The notes below the pieces were generated by a model that saw only the letters and a program-made list of their open reading frames with translations, was not told the origin of the DNA and ran no database searches. Position numbers and translations under genes: made by a program. From positions 6,081 to 70,080 of IMG/VR virus record IMGVR_UViG_3300010885_010784: 64,000 nucleotides of DNA; one strand, given 5' to 3'. Position 1 is the stretch's first letter; each line of letters opens with the position of its first letter. Below are positions 32,279-42,789 of the stretch, piece after piece. Source of the stretch: a virus.

Positions 32279-35200
32279 TAAATACGTCCTCCATAATAGT
32301 TGTTCCATCTTTAGTTTTACCCAAAGAGAATTTGTATACGTTACCTTCGTCAATCTTCATGTAAGCCTTTGGATAGGCAGTAGGGAACACGGTAACGCTG
32401 TGCAGTTCCCTTGAAGAATCTGCCAAGACCAAAGAAGCCATCTTCTTGCCAGCCTTAGTAACTCTTGACTTGAATGACACAACATATAGTTCATCATCCT
32501 TGTAGGGTAGTTGACGGAAGTTAAGAATCTTAATCAGTCCGCTAGTGTTACCCTTGATTTCGTCAACAGGGATTGCTGTGACGATACGATTGTCGCTTGC
32601 TAGAATGATGTAGGTGCGACCTGCTTCGACAGTTGATTGCTCTTCGTCAAAGATACCAGTGCTACCAGTCTTATCCAAAATCTCTACACGACTCCAACCT
32701 TTGCCACGCTTGATACCCTTGACCATTCCCATAAGAACGTAAGCACCCTTTTCCTCGTACTCTTCAACATCATTGATGAATGCGTGGTAGTGCGATGGCA
32801 CAGACATATTGAACTCTGGCAAGTTTAGATACTCGTATAGGTTCTCTTTGACTTCTTCATCATTGCGTGGATTATCTTCGAAGGTTGCAGCACCAATAAC
32901 TTTTAGTGCTTGCAAGGCACGAGAGTTTACTCCGTTGCCCTTGCCAAACGTGAACTCCTCAAGTTCTTTGTAAGACTTGAATGGACGAGCAGACATATAC
33001 TTCTCTGCAATATTATCGCTAATAAACTTAATAGACGATAGACCAAAGCGAATACCCTTGCCCTCAATCTTGAAGTCAATGTCTGAATCGTTGATGTGTG
33101 GCAACTTGACCTGAATACCCATACGCTTTGCTTCAATCAGGTACTCTGTGCGAGCATCCTTGTCGCTCTCGTTCTTTAGCAGAGCGAACATGAATTCGAT
33201 TGGGTAGTAGTACTTCAACCAAGCAGTCCAGTAAGAAACAGTTGAGTAGGCTACAGCGTGAGACTTGTTGAACGAGTATCCAGCGTGAGCCTCAAAGTCT
33301 GTCCACAAATCTTTAGCAAGGTTAGGTGACATAAAGCGAGAAGCACCATTAACGAATTGTTCTTGGAACTGGTCGAACTCTTTAGCATCTTTCTTCTTAC
33401 CAATAATCTTACGAACCTTATCGGCTTCTGCCATTGTCATACCGCCAAGTTCTGTACAGGCTTGCATAACCTGTTCCTGATACAGAATACATCCGTAGGT
33501 GTCAAGTGTGAATGGCTTCATCAACTGGTGGTGATAAGAGATGTTCTGCTTACCGTGCTTACGAGCGATGTAGTCCTTACCAATGGTGTTCATAGCACCT
33601 GGACGAACCAGAGCGTTAGAAGCAGCAAGTTCGTTAAAGTTCTTGACACCCATCTTGACTAGCAGGTTGGTGTATGGTGTGGCTTCACATTGGAACACGC
33701 CCTTAGTGTAGCCGTCAGACAGCATACGATAGACGTTAGCATCTTCCATGTTTAATGAGTGCAGGTCAATGTCTGTACCAGAACGTTCCTTGATAATCTT
33801 GATAGTGTCCTGAACAACAGATAGGGTCTTTAGACCCAGAGCATCAATCTTGATTAGACCAATACGCTCTGCCTCTTCCATGTCTACTGCTACTACTGGA
33901 ATGCGTTCCTTGCTACCTGGAGCAGTGCGAGTCTCTAGCGGAGCGAACTTGAAGATAGGCTCCTTGGAAGTTACAACACCAGCAGCGTGAATACCAGTAC
34001 CACGAATACGACCACGAAGTTGCTCACCGTAGTACTCAATCTCTGGATACTTCTCACGGAACTCCGCAGTTGATTTAGAGTTTAGATAGTCGTCCCAGTC
34101 GTCAACAAGTTTAAGAACCTTGTTTACATCGGCTAGTGGAATATTTAGTACACGAGCAATGTCACGAACGACACCCTTACCCTTGAACTCAAGGAACGTA
34201 GCAATCGAAGCAACGTGGCGATACTGTCTAACTAGATAGTCTTTAACATCTTCTCTGCGTGAGTCCTGGATATCTGTATCGATATCTGGGAAGTCATTAC
34301 GTTCTGGGTTGATGAATCGGAAAAACAGAAGACCGTGTTGAATTGGGTCAATGTCTGTGATGCCTAGCGTGTAGCAGAGCAGCGAGCCAGCAGATGAACC
34401 ACGTCCTGGACCAACCATTACGTCTTCTTTCTTAGCCCAGTTAATCATGTTACGCACAACTAGGAAGTAGGGACCGAACTTCTTGTCTTTGATGATAGTA
34501 AGTTCTTCATCTAGACGGTCTAGGTATTCCTGCTTGTCAGCAAGACCACGTTCGACAAGACCAGCCATAGCCAGTTCTTTTAGTTCTGTATCTGGGTCTT
34601 GATACTGCACAGGCAGTAGGTCAAGGTGGTCTGGCAAGTCGTAGTCTTCAATCTGTTCAGCAATGTCGATGCTGTTCTGGTACATATCCTCACGGTCAAT
34701 GCCCTGCTTGAGCATGGCGTTACGCATTTCTTCATCGGACAGTAGGTGAATCTCAAAGTCCTTAAAAGACATCTGACGGTCTGCACCATAAAGATAGTCT
34801 AATTTATCTAGCAAGTTGTCGTACTCTTGAGTGCCAGCAAAGTTTGCATCGCCAACAACCTTGTTAGAGTATGAGTTTAGGATTAGTTTAAGTTCCTGAA
34901 TCTCACGCTGTGAAGAGTCTGCGTGGTGGCAGTCTGGAGTGATAACAGGCTTAACACCAAACTCGTCAGCAAGTTCAAGTAGTAACTTGTTTACTTCTGC
35001 TGGGTTGTGTGGCATTACTTCAATGTAGTAGTCGTCACCAAATGTCTTCTTAGCCCACTGAATATGCTCCTTGGCTACTGCTAGATTATCTGCTTCGATA
35101 GCCTTACAGAGATATCCTGACAAACATCCTGAAGTAATTACTAGACCATCTTTGTACTTCTCAAGAATGTCCCAGTCCATGCGTGGCTTCTTGTAGAAAC

Positions 35201-35549
35201 CTTCAGTCCAGGCAAGTTCATTCAACTTGTTAAGGTTCTCAAGACCCTGTGCATTCTTAGCAAGAATGATAAGGTGATTGTAGTTTAGATTAAGTAAGTC
35301 TTCCTTATCCTTTTCTTCGTGGTCAAAGCGGTCTTTACAGATGTAACCTTCAACTCCAAGGATTGGTTTAATACCTGCTGCTTTGGCAGCACGATACATC
35401 TCACGGTGTCCTGATAGTGAACCGTGGTCTGTGATTGAAATAGAAGTCATACCCACAGATACAGCACGGTCAACGTACTCCTGTGGTGTGGCAATGCCAT
35501 CAAATAGACTGTAGTGTGTGTGAACGTGTAGTGGAGCGTAACTGCTCAT
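32271..35549 (-). CDS. dnaE: DNA polymerase III alpha subunit
   Basis: PHP domain HVHTHYS/TDHG, GPGRGS, PDIDTD, HAAG, YQEQVM and FNKSH motifs. Confidence 0.97.
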   Translation of the reverse strand: MSSYAPLHVHTHYSLFDGIATPQEYVDRAVSVGMTSISITDHGSLSGHREMYRAAKAAGIKPILGVEGYICKDRFDHEEKDKEDLLNLNYNHLIILAKNAQGLENLNKLNELAWTEGFYKKPRMDWDILEKYKDGLVITSGCLSGYLCKAIEADNLAVAKEHIQWAKKTFGDDYYIEVMPHNPAEVNKLLLELADEFGVKPVITPDCHHADSSQREIQELKLILNSYSNKVVGDANFAGTQEYDNLLDKLDYLYGADRQMSFKDFEIHLLSDEEMRNAMLKQGIDREDMYQNSIDIAEQIEDYDLPDHLDLLPVQYQDPDTELKELAMAGLVERGLADKQEYLDRLDEELTIIKDKKFGPYFLVVRNMINWAKKEDVMVGPGRGSSAGSLLCYTLGITDIDPIQHGLLFFRFINPERNDFPDIDTDIQDSRREDVKDYLVRQYRHVASIATFLEFKGKGVVRDIARVLNIPLADVNKVLKLVDDWDDYLNSKSTAEFREKYPEIEYYGEQLRGRIRGTGIHAAGVVTSKEPIFKFAPLETRTAPGSKERIPVVAVDMEEAERIGLIKIDALGLKTLSVVQDTIKIIKERSGTDIDLHSLNMEDANVYRMLSDGYTKGVFQCEATPYTNLLVKMGVKNFNELAASNALVRPGAMNTIGKDYIARKHGKQNISYHHQLMKPFTLDTYGCILYQEQVMQACTELGGMTMAEADKVRKIIGKKKDAKEFDQFQEQFVNGASRFMSPNLAKDLWTDFEAHAGYSFNKSHAVAYSTVSYWTAWLKYYYPIEFMFALLKNESDKDARTEYLIEAKRMGIQVKLPHINDSDIDFKIEGKGIRFGLSSIKFISDNIAEKYMSARPFKSYKELEEFTFGKGNGVNSRALQALKVIGAATFEDNPRNDEEVKENLYEYLNLPEFNMSVPSHYHAFINDVEEYEEKGAYVLMGMVKGIKRGKGWSRVEILDKTGSTGIFDEEQSTVEAGRTYIILASDNRIVTAIPVDEIKGNTSGLIKILNFRQLPYKDDELYVVSFKSRVTKAGKKMASLVLADSSRELHSVTVFPTAYPKAYMKIDEGNVYKFSLGKTKDGTTIMEDVFNV

Positions 35550-35581
35550 TATTTACCTTTGTTAGTAGTTATTGTGTTATA

Positions 35582-35610
35582 AGTATAATGCATCTGGGTG
35601 TTCTTGTCAA
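35582..35610 (-). promoter_or_regulatory. promoter for dnaE operon
   Basis: TTGACA-N17-TATACT. Confidence 0.8.
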
Positions 35611-35616
35611 GTGACG

Positions 35617-35652
35617 AAAGTGGGGGCAAGGATTTTACTCACCTACCCCCAC
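35617..35652 (-). terminator. terminator after SSB gene
   Basis: GTGGGGG/CCCCCAC stem followed by TTT. Confidence 0.55.
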
Positions 35653-35664
35653 AGTCAATGGATA

Positions 35665-36318
35665 CTACCAGTCAGTGTTGCTGGAAGTTACTGAAGTGTT
35701 TTCAAATCCGAAGTAGAAGTTTTCTTGGTCTTCGTACTTAACTTCACGGACAACCTTCTCAAGGTCGAATGTTTCCAGTTCGCCCCACTTGTGTGGTTCT
35801 GAGTCTGGCTTGGTTGGAAGCAAGGTGTAGTTGGTTTCAGTTCCCTGACCATTACGCTTAATCTTCCACTCAAGGTTTGAGATTGAGCCAGTTTCGATTG
35901 CGTATTCACGCAAGTTGCCGAATGCTGACTGCTTTGAGATACCCTGTGACCATACAGCCACATATGGTGTCTCGGTTCCATCGTCGATGATTACGTTACC
36001 GTACCAACGAAGACGTGAACGCCAACCACCCTTTGGCTCCTTACGAGCCATCTCACAACCGTAGCAACGACCTTCTGAATCGATGGTACATGCTGCCTTA
36101 CGCTTGTAGTCCTTTGGGTTGGTGTGTTCTGCGATAACCACGGAAAGTCCACGGTCCTCGCTGAAGTTTGCTGAGTCGCTGTCTAGTTCTTCAACGAAGC
36201 GAATCTTTGCAGACTGTCCGTCAGCCAACTTGACCCAACGAACTTTCTGACCTGTGTTTTCATATTTTGGCTTATCCATTAGTGCACCGATATCTTTTAG
36301 CCCTTTAATTACGCTCAT
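35665..36318 (-). CDS. single-stranded DNA-binding protein (gp32-like)
   Basis: KLADGQSAKIRF, Cys cluster, KIKRNGQGTETNYTL, acidic/aromatic C-end; between primase and polymerase. Confidence 0.75.
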   Translation of the reverse strand: MSVIKGLKDIGALMDKPKYENTGQKVRWVKLADGQSAKIRFVEELDSDSANFSEDRGLSVVIAEHTNPKDYKRKAACTIDSEGRCYGCEMARKEPKGGWRSRLRWYGNVIIDDGTETPYVAVWSQGISKQSAFGNLREYAIETGSISNLEWKIKRNGQGTETNYTLLPTKPDSEPHKWGELETFDLEKVVREVKYEDQENFYFGFENTSVTSSNTDW

Positions 36319-36351
36319 AGTTTTTTCTCCTTATGTTTGTTTAGCGGATTA

Positions 36352-37296
36352 CTAGTTTAGCATACTGGATATGGTTTTGTCAAACGATTCGTCAATATTT
36401 TTTATTGCATCGTCAGACATGTCGCCAATGTCCTTGTATTGCTTATCTATTTTAATTACAGTAACACGAGAGCCTAGTCGCTCTATGATTTTGTCTTTCA
36501 TGTTACCGCCAGCCTCATCATTATCAGCAATAACAATAACGTTATTGAAGTACTTCTGAAGCAAGTCTGTTTGTATTCTGGACACGTTTGCACCCAAGGT
36601 TGCTACCGCAGGGAAGCCACACTGGTCTAAACGGATAGCATCAAATGATGATTCAACTACATAGACTTTACCAGCAGTCTTTACTCTGTGTAGATTGAAT
36701 AGGACTTTGCTCTTTGGCAGTCCTGGAGTATTTTTAAAGTCTTTACCTTCGACAGACCGTCCCACAAACCCCACAGAAACGCCGTCAGGCGAGTGTACAG
36801 GGATTGTAACCATGTCTTGCTTCTCTGAGTACCCCAAATTAAATTTGTTGACTGAAGCCTCGTTTATGAGCCTTCCTGAGTAGTATCTCATGGCTCTTGG
36901 TGATTCTAGTGCCTGAGCATTTAGTCGCTTGATTAGCAATTCGTCGTATGGAATATAGTCTGGCTTGTTTACTAATGACTGATTAATTTGATAAGATAGG
37001 TCAGTCTCTGTTTCCTTGGACTTGATGTAGCGTACCGCTTCGAAGTAGGTACGACCAGATGTTTTCATAATTAGTGATGGAAGGTCTGAAACGTGCTGGC
37101 ATGAGAAGCAGAAGAAGAAGCCACTACGCTTATCTACTTCACCAGCAGGTGAACGATAGTTGTTGTGGAATGGGCAGAAGATGATGTAGTCAGAATCTAC
37201 TTCTGATTCGATGTTGATTCCAGACCCATTGATAACTCTTTTAATTTGCTCTTGTGAGTAGGAACTAGTAGCGTTCCGTCTATTCCCATTATGCAT
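36352..37296 (-). CDS. dnaG: DNA primase (CHC2 zinc finger plus TOPRIM)
   Basis: CPFH...CFSC, VVESSFD and IADNDEAG motifs. Confidence 0.92.
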   Translation of the reverse strand: MHNGNRRNATSSYSQEQIKRVINGSGINIESEVDSDYIIFCPFHNNYRSPAGEVDKRSGFFFCFSCQHVSDLPSLIMKTSGRTYFEAVRYIKSKETETDLSYQINQSLVNKPDYIPYDELLIKRLNAQALESPRAMRYYSGRLINEASVNKFNLGYSEKQDMVTIPVHSPDGVSVGFVGRSVEGKDFKNTPGLPKSKVLFNLHRVKTAGKVYVVESSFDAIRLDQCGFPAVATLGANVSRIQTDLLQKYFNNVIVIADNDEAGGNMKDKIIERLGSRVTVIKIDKQYKDIGDMSDDAIKNIDESFDKTISSMLN

Positions 37297-37541
37297 TCTG
37301 ATTTTCTCTTTCCTAAATATGTTGCGTATAGCGTTAGTGTAAATTCAAAGTATTCTTTTGTACTGTTATATTGTATCGTAAACTGTGGGTCTATGTCAAG
37401 TCTTGGCACATACCCCAACTCACGCATTTGTAGTGTTTGTAGTCTTTCTATCTCAAGCCTAATTCTACCGATGGCAGCATCATCTTTAATGATGCCTTCA
37501 GCAGTAAAAGTTTTAATAGACTTGTGATGTAAATGTTCCAC
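37197..37541 (-). CDS. hypothetical protein
   Basis: GYVPRLDIDPQF; GTG start 5 nt after TATAAT; 3' end overlaps primase ORF. Confidence 0.7.
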   Translation of the reverse strand: MEHLHHKSIKTFTAEGIIKDDAAIGRIRLEIERLQTLQMRELGYVPRLDIDPQFTIQYNSTKEYFEFTLTLYATYLGKRKSECIMGIDGTLLVPTHKSKLKELSMGLESTSNQK

Positions 37542-37553
37542 ATACTATTATAA

Positions 37554-38774
37554 CTAGTTTTCTTCGAAATCCTTGTACTTGTACCAGCCCTTGTCAAAGT
37601 CTACCTGCACCAAGAACTCGCCCATAAATCCGTTACGGTTCTTACGGAAGACACACTCAAGGATATCTGAGTTGGTTGCACGACCAAGTGCTAGAACCCA
37701 GTCAGCGTCGTAGGCAATCTGGCGTGACCAAGCAGTTTGACCTAGTGTAGGCACAGTGTCTAGTTTATTTACATCGTCTGGCGTAGCAGATGAAATAGCA
37801 ATGATTGGAATTGATTCCGAGATAGCCATCAACTTTAGTTCACGAGAAAGGTTCTTCATACGAACAGTCTCGTTGTCAGACTTCTGGTTAGGTGACATCA
37901 ACTGTAGGTAGTCAACGATAACCAGGTCTGGCTTGTATTGGTCCATTTTACCACGAATAACTGATGGTGTAACTTCCCCACCAGAATCGTTAGAGATGAT
38001 GTGGAACTCTGGCTTGCCAGCAAGTTCCTTCTTGTGCCAACGCTTCAGGTCTTCAATCTCTACCTGACCGTTGCTCAACTTGCGGTGCGACCACAGACCC
38101 TCGCCCATGATTGCAAATACACGGTTACGAACCTCTGTCTCTGACATTTCAAGTGAGATGATTAGTGGCGACTTACCAGCCTTCCATGCCTGTACCGCCA
38201 TGTAAAGAGCAAACCAAGACTTACCAATACCTGGGTAGGCTAGGAACACACCCAACTGACCTGGAGTAATACCAGCAGGTAGGTAGTTGTCAAAGCCTGG
38301 CAGACCAGTCTTGATACCGATTGAGCCTAGTTCATTCTGACGAGCAAGGTTTTCAAAGTAAGCAACAGCAGAATCAATATCAGTAGCATCAATGTCCTTA
38401 ATAACTGCTGTGTTCTTCTTTAGTTCTGAAGTCTTTTGGATAAGGTCTTCTAGTGCCTTGGTTCCCTGACCTGCCTGTACTTCTGCAGCAGTAGAACGCA
38501 ACACGTCCTTGAGACTGTCGTTCAGGAACTCAGCCTGTAGTTCTTCCAAATGGTACTTCGTAGCACCCACGCCCTCTTCTGGAGAGAAGTCACGGAACTT
38601 GTCTACCACTAGAGAGACAGGTGGGACAGTTCCATTAGTTTCGGAATAGTTACGAATGAACGTCCAAATATCCGTGTGTGTACGAAGAATGTTTTCCACG
38701 TTTGCTTGTAGCAGGACGTGTACCTGCTTGTCTGCCAATACTGCAGATATTAGTTTAGATTCTGTATTAGTCAT
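37554..38774 (-). CDS. dnaB: DnaB-like replicative helicase
   Basis: AYPGIGKS, SLEMS, IVDYLQLM, YDAD and KNRNG motifs. Confidence 0.95.
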   Translation of the reverse strand: MTNTESKLISAVLADKQVHVLLQANVENILRTHTDIWTFIRNYSETNGTVPPVSLVVDKFRDFSPEEGVGATKYHLEELQAEFLNDSLKDVLRSTAAEVQAGQGTKALEDLIQKTSELKKNTAVIKDIDATDIDSAVAYFENLARQNELGSIGIKTGLPGFDNYLPAGITPGQLGVFLAYPGIGKSWFALYMAVQAWKAGKSPLIISLEMSETEVRNRVFAIMGEGLWSHRKLSNGQVEIEDLKRWHKKELAGKPEFHIISNDSGGEVTPSVIRGKMDQYKPDLVIVDYLQLMSPNQKSDNETVRMKNLSRELKLMAISESIPIIAISSATPDDVNKLDTVPTLGQTAWSRQIAYDADWVLALGRATNSDILECVFRKNRNGFMGEFLVQVDFDKGWYKYKDFEEN

Positions 38775-39075
38775 TTAACCACTCCTTAGCCTTCTGACGG
38801 CGTTCGGCTCTCTCCTTAATGTCTTGGTGGAATTGCTTTCTAGCCTCAATAATCTTGTCAGCGTAGTTGGCAAAGTATTTCCATGTTGGTGATTGTGCTG
38901 TTTCAAAGTAGTACTCCAGCAGGTCATAGCATTCTGGAATACCGTAGGATTCAATAAGAGCATCTGATGCCCACTGCTCTACATTCAAATTTAGTAAAGG
39001 CTTTTCTTCATACCTTACAGTGTGTAACTTACTGTAGCGACTGAGCAAAGCCATGCGGTCTTTGCGTTCAGCCAT
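38767..39075 (-). CDS. hypothetical protein (possible helicase loader)
   Basis: 102 aa directly upstream of dnaB; function inferred only from position. Confidence 0.7.
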   Translation of the reverse strand: MAERKDRMALLSRYSKLHTVRYEEKPLLNLNVEQWASDALIESYGIPECYDLLEYYFETAQSPTWKYFANYADKIIEARKQFHQDIKERAERRQKAKEWLND

Positions 39076-39284
39076 TACTTGCTCTCAGTCTCTTCTACAG
39101 ACTCACGAACTTTCTCAGCAAGTCTTTCTTCTACAAACTTGTATACACGCTCAAAGGCTTCGCTGGCTGTCTCTCCCTCACGCTTGTTATCTGCGATAGA
39201 GATATCAATGCGTAGTGATTGGAAGTTGCCAAGATTAAGGGTATAGCCCAAACCCACTGTTACTTTAGTGCTGTCGTTTTCCAT
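39075..39284 (-). CDS. small hypothetical protein
   Basis: KVTVGLGYTLNLGNFQSLRID. Confidence 0.8.
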   Translation of the reverse strand: MENDSTKVTVGLGYTLNLGNFQSLRIDISIADNKREGETASEAFERVYKFVEERLAEKVRESVEETESK

Positions 39285-39299
39285 GTCTCTCCTAATGGA

Positions 39300-39830
39300 T
39301 TAAATTGATTCGGACCAAATAGGGATGTAACGTCCGTCTTCTGTCCTTGTATATGTAAGTATACCATCTCCCATGCGTCTTGTCAACTCCTGTTTTGAAG
39401 GAGTTACATCATTGGTGATTAGACCATCATTACGAGGTCTACCGTGGTGGTATGATGCTAGTATATCACGAAGTTCACGAACTTGCGACTCTGAATAATA
39501 ACTTCTTACTTGCCATGCCCTGGCTCCTCCAGGCTGTGCCCCCATTGGTTCTGGGATAACGCCTTTCTTTACTAGTTCTGGCATGTATTTCTTGTGTCTA
39601 TTTACTAGGGCTGCTGTCTGACCAACAGTATAGGCACGTTCCCTATTCTTTTTAAAATCACTAATAAGACAACTTTCAATCTGGTCTTTAATAATATTAT
39701 AAACAGACATAATACCATTAGACTTATTTAGGTGATGTGTTCTTACTAAGTATCCGTTTAGAAACCAAACTTTTTTATTTCCTGGAATAATTGGAGAAGA
39801 GTTGTACTCTTCCATTGTTTGGGCAGCCAT
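39300..39830 (-). CDS. MerR-like HTH DNA-binding protein
   Basis: YTVGQTAALVNR...GVIPEP...RSYYSESQV. Confidence 0.7.
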   Translation of the reverse strand: MAAQTMEEYNSSPIIPGNKKVWFLNGYLVRTHHLNKSNGIMSVYNIIKDQIESCLISDFKKNRERAYTVGQTAALVNRHKKYMPELVKKGVIPEPMGAQPGGARAWQVRSYYSESQVRELRDILASYHHGRPRNDGLITNDVTPSKQELTRRMGDGILTYTRTEDGRYIPIWSESI

Positions 39831-40258
39831 TATGCTCCAATAGCAATAATGTTTAAGTCTAGTGTTGTCTTTCCGTTAGAGTCAAAATCAATTTTGTAAT
39901 AAAGAGATGTTGTGTCAACTGCTGTAATAGTTACAGTAGCCTTAACCGTTGTAGTACTTTTGGAAACAAGAGTTGCTGTAACTACTGGAACCTTATTGAA
40001 AAATGTTGCAAAGGCTACTGAACCTGTCTTGGACTCTCCTGCTTTTACATCACTAGCATTTACAGCAGTCACTGTTTGTGCGTCAAAACTTATTGAACTA
40101 GTTTTTGTTTTAGCAACTGTGTTACCTCTATCCTTGATAGTTGAGTTTCCATAGGATGCCAGTTCTGAGTTAATGCTAATTAGCGAATTAACAATGTCAT
40201 AGAGATACTGGGTATCGATTGGTTGACCATTGCTTGGTAATGAGGGTACTTTTGCCAT
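39830..40258 (-). CDS. small tail-associated beta protein
   Basis: GSVAFATFFNKVPVVTAT...LNIIAIG C-terminal pattern typical of tail-fibre accessory domains. Confidence 0.65.
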   Translation of the reverse strand: MAKVPSLPSNGQPIDTQYLYDIVNSLISINSELASYGNSTIKDRGNTVAKTKTSSISFDAQTVTAVNASDVKAGESKTGSVAFATFFNKVPVVTATLVSKSTTTVKATVTITAVDTTSLYYKIDFDSNGKTTLDLNIIAIGA

Positions 40259-40277
40259 GAGTTAATTATACCACAAA

Positions 40278-41132
40278 CTATAGTCTTACGTTTGTTACTG
40301 TTCCAGCAGTAAAAGTGTTAGGAGAAGTTACAACCATGTCTGTTCCGCCAGATGTCGAGACCACGGTTACAGCACCTGAGCCAAAACTTCCAGTTCCTAG
40401 AGTAGTTGCAAAAACTCTTCTACCACTAATAACGCTTGATGCTGGTAGATTGGTCAAACCAGTAATTGTTGCTCGGTATGGTCCAGACCCAGTTATTGAG
40501 CCGATTGTTCCTGTAGTTGAAGAAGAATATGTAGAAAGCGTGGGACTAATTGAAACAACTGTAGTCTCTGCCAAATGTCCATAAATGTTTGTCAATTTAG
40601 GGTATGATGATAAAAATACTGCTGCTTGAACAAACTGATATGAACTATCTGGTTTTTTAAATGAAAAATTGTTTGCTGTAGTTGTTCCAGCAAAAATCCA
40701 ACTTGACCAAGTCGTTGTTGATTTCCAAGATAAATACACATCAAACTTTTGAGTAACTGGGTAATCGTCAATTGAATTCCAACTATATGTATAAATACCA
40801 GAGTCGTCGGTCAGGGGAGTTATTGATGATTTAATGTATGTTGTTACATCTAGTGCTGCTGTAAAAGTTGCAATGGTGTATCCATTAGATGGGTGTGGGT
40901 CAGCGTTAGCACCATCGTCAAGAATTGGTCGTCCATAAGGCGGAACATATAATTCATAAAATGAAGATACTTGACCATTGTCATTTAGTGGATATGACAA
41001 ATTTGCAATGTCGGACCATTCCGATTTTCTTGTGCCATCTTTAGACCTTATTCTATATCTTAATCTATATTCTCCGCTAGACTGAAGCCCATCAATGTCT
41101 TTAACTGCAATTTTTATAATTTTATTTGCCAC
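40278..41132 (-). CDS. minor tail protein
   Basis: Fn3-like YRLRYRI..SEWS, Ser/Thr-rich; in tail module. Confidence 0.7.
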   Translation of the reverse strand: MANKIIKIAVKDIDGLQSSGEYRLRYRIRSKDGTRKSEWSDIANLSYPLNDNGQVSSFYELYVPPYGRPILDDGANADPHPSNGYTIATFTAALDVTTYIKSSITPLTDDSGIYTYSWNSIDDYPVTQKFDVYLSWKSTTTWSSWIFAGTTTANNFSFKKPDSSYQFVQAAVFLSSYPKLTNIYGHLAETTVVSISPTLSTYSSSTTGTIGSITGSGPYRATITGLTNLPASSVISGRRVFATTLGTGSFGSGAVTVVSTSGGTDMVVTSPNTFTAGTVTNVRL

Positions 41133-41133
41133 T

Positions 41134-42786
41134 TTAAGAACCTACCGAAAAATCCAGTCTAAAGTTAATTAAGTCATTAGAGTTTGACTGCTTGGCTATG
41201 TTTGTTGCTGTTTCATTGTTTACAATTGTGTAGGCTGTAAGAGCATAAAGTGGATTTTCCGTACCTACATTTTCAAATCTTAGACCATCCAAGACAATTG
41301 CATAGTCGTCTGTTGGTGTGCCAGACGCTTCGATAGCACAATATATTTTTAATGAAGTTACTTTTGACCAGTCAAATCCAGATGTTAGAGTAAAATTAGA
41401 AACATTCTTAGTAAGAACGTTATACCTATTTGGATAAATAACTGTTGTACCAGAGTCAGAAAACATTAGTTGTGCATTATTAATACCGTCCGAACAAGCA
41501 AACTCAAGCATTATATATAATGCATTTGGCGATGCAGATGGCGTGGTTACAGCATTTATAACTGAATAAGCCAAACGAATTTCGTCAGATGGTGAGGATT
41601 TTGAAAGATTTATTCCTGGGTCTTGCAAAAGCAAGTAGTCTGATGTCGATACAAAAGTTGTTCCAGAAGTGTAGTTTGATAATGCACCTGGAACAATTAA
41701 GCCATTATTTAAAATTCTTGGTTTTTCTTGTCTTAGGTTTACAGCAGAGGTAAGCCAGTATGCGTCACTTGTACTGCAAAATTTAGGAGCAGTTCCAATA
41801 GGCAAAGCAGAAATTGCTGCAGAAGCAGTCACATCGCTAAAAGATGTTGAAGAATTATTGTAGTATTGCCAACCCTCTGTATCTTCAAAAGACAAAAGCA
41901 TTCTGCTGCTTCCAGAGCCACTGAATTGATTAGAGCCTAGTGAGTATAGTCCTAACTCTGAAATATCGTACTTTGATGTGTCGGACATTTCTGCTGTTAA
42001 GGATACTTGTTTGGTAAATACCGTTGCATTAAATAAATTACTATTATAAGAATACCCAGTATATGCATAAGAAAAAAGACTTGACCCCCAGGAAGGAGCC
42101 ACACTTTCATCATAAACTTTTGCAACAAAAGATGTAGAACTAATTGAAGTTATTGTATATAAACCATTTACCTCTACGTTAGCATTTGTACCAGAAAAAG
42201 GAATTGATACGTCAGTAATGGAAACATCATCGCCAACACCAAATTGGTGTCCAGAAGAAATAGTTACAGTAATTTCAAAGTTACCAGAAATTGACAAACT
42301 GCTTGGACTTACTGTTTGTTTTTCTACAACATAAGAGCGTGATGTAATTGGAAATCTTGCTGTTTCAAAACCAAGGCTTGTTTTTGTGGATAGTGATTGT
42401 GACGTAAGACTTGAGTATGCCTTTATGTTAACTAACCCTGAGCCAGCAGTCATGGATGCGGTGCTAGAAATTGTAATCTGCTGGGCACTGTTAATACCAG
42501 TTACAGTAACAGTACCCGAACCTAAAGTTCCAGCACCTGTTTGGGTTGCAGTAATTGTATCGCCAATCTCTAGGTATGCCCAGTAGCCAGCACTAAGAGT
42601 TAGTGTTGCAGTATATGGTCCAGAGCCAGATACTGCTCCGACAATTCCGCCAGATGTTGCAACAACTATTCCTTGGTTATTCGATGTTGGTCTAGCCCCA
42701 GAGCCTACAGCAATGTACGAAGCATAGGATGATGCCTGTCCAACTAAATATTTAGAAATAATTTCTACGCCGTTATTGGTAATCAT
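41134..42786 (-). CDS. minor tail/baseplate protein
   Basis: MITNNG...YIAVGSG, ISELGLYS; inserted beta modules. Confidence 0.75.
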   Translation of the reverse strand: MITNNGVEIISKYLVGQASSYASYIAVGSGARPTSNNQGIVVATSGGIVGAVSGSGPYTATLTLSAGYWAYLEIGDTITATQTGAGTLGSGTVTVTGINSAQQITISSTASMTAGSGLVNIKAYSSLTSQSLSTKTSLGFETARFPITSRSYVVEKQTVSPSSLSISGNFEITVTISSGHQFGVGDDVSITDVSIPFSGTNANVEVNGLYTITSISSTSFVAKVYDESVAPSWGSSLFSYAYTGYSYNSNLFNATVFTKQVSLTAEMSDTSKYDISELGLYSLGSNQFSGSGSSRMLLSFEDTEGWQYYNNSSTSFSDVTASAAISALPIGTAPKFCSTSDAYWLTSAVNLRQEKPRILNNGLIVPGALSNYTSGTTFVSTSDYLLLQDPGINLSKSSPSDEIRLAYSVINAVTTPSASPNALYIMLEFACSDGINNAQLMFSDSGTTVIYPNRYNVLTKNVSNFTLTSGFDWSKVTSLKIYCAIEASGTPTDDYAIVLDGLRFENVGTENPLYALTAYTIVNNETATNIAKQSNSNDLINFRLDFSVGS

Positions 42787-42789
42787 ATG

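Noticed and set aside
25046-38774. Inteins or introns in terL, recA, dnaE and dnaB
   Set aside because: Lengths are ordinary, motifs are continuous, and no intein-like C...HN or LAGLIDADG blocks are visible.
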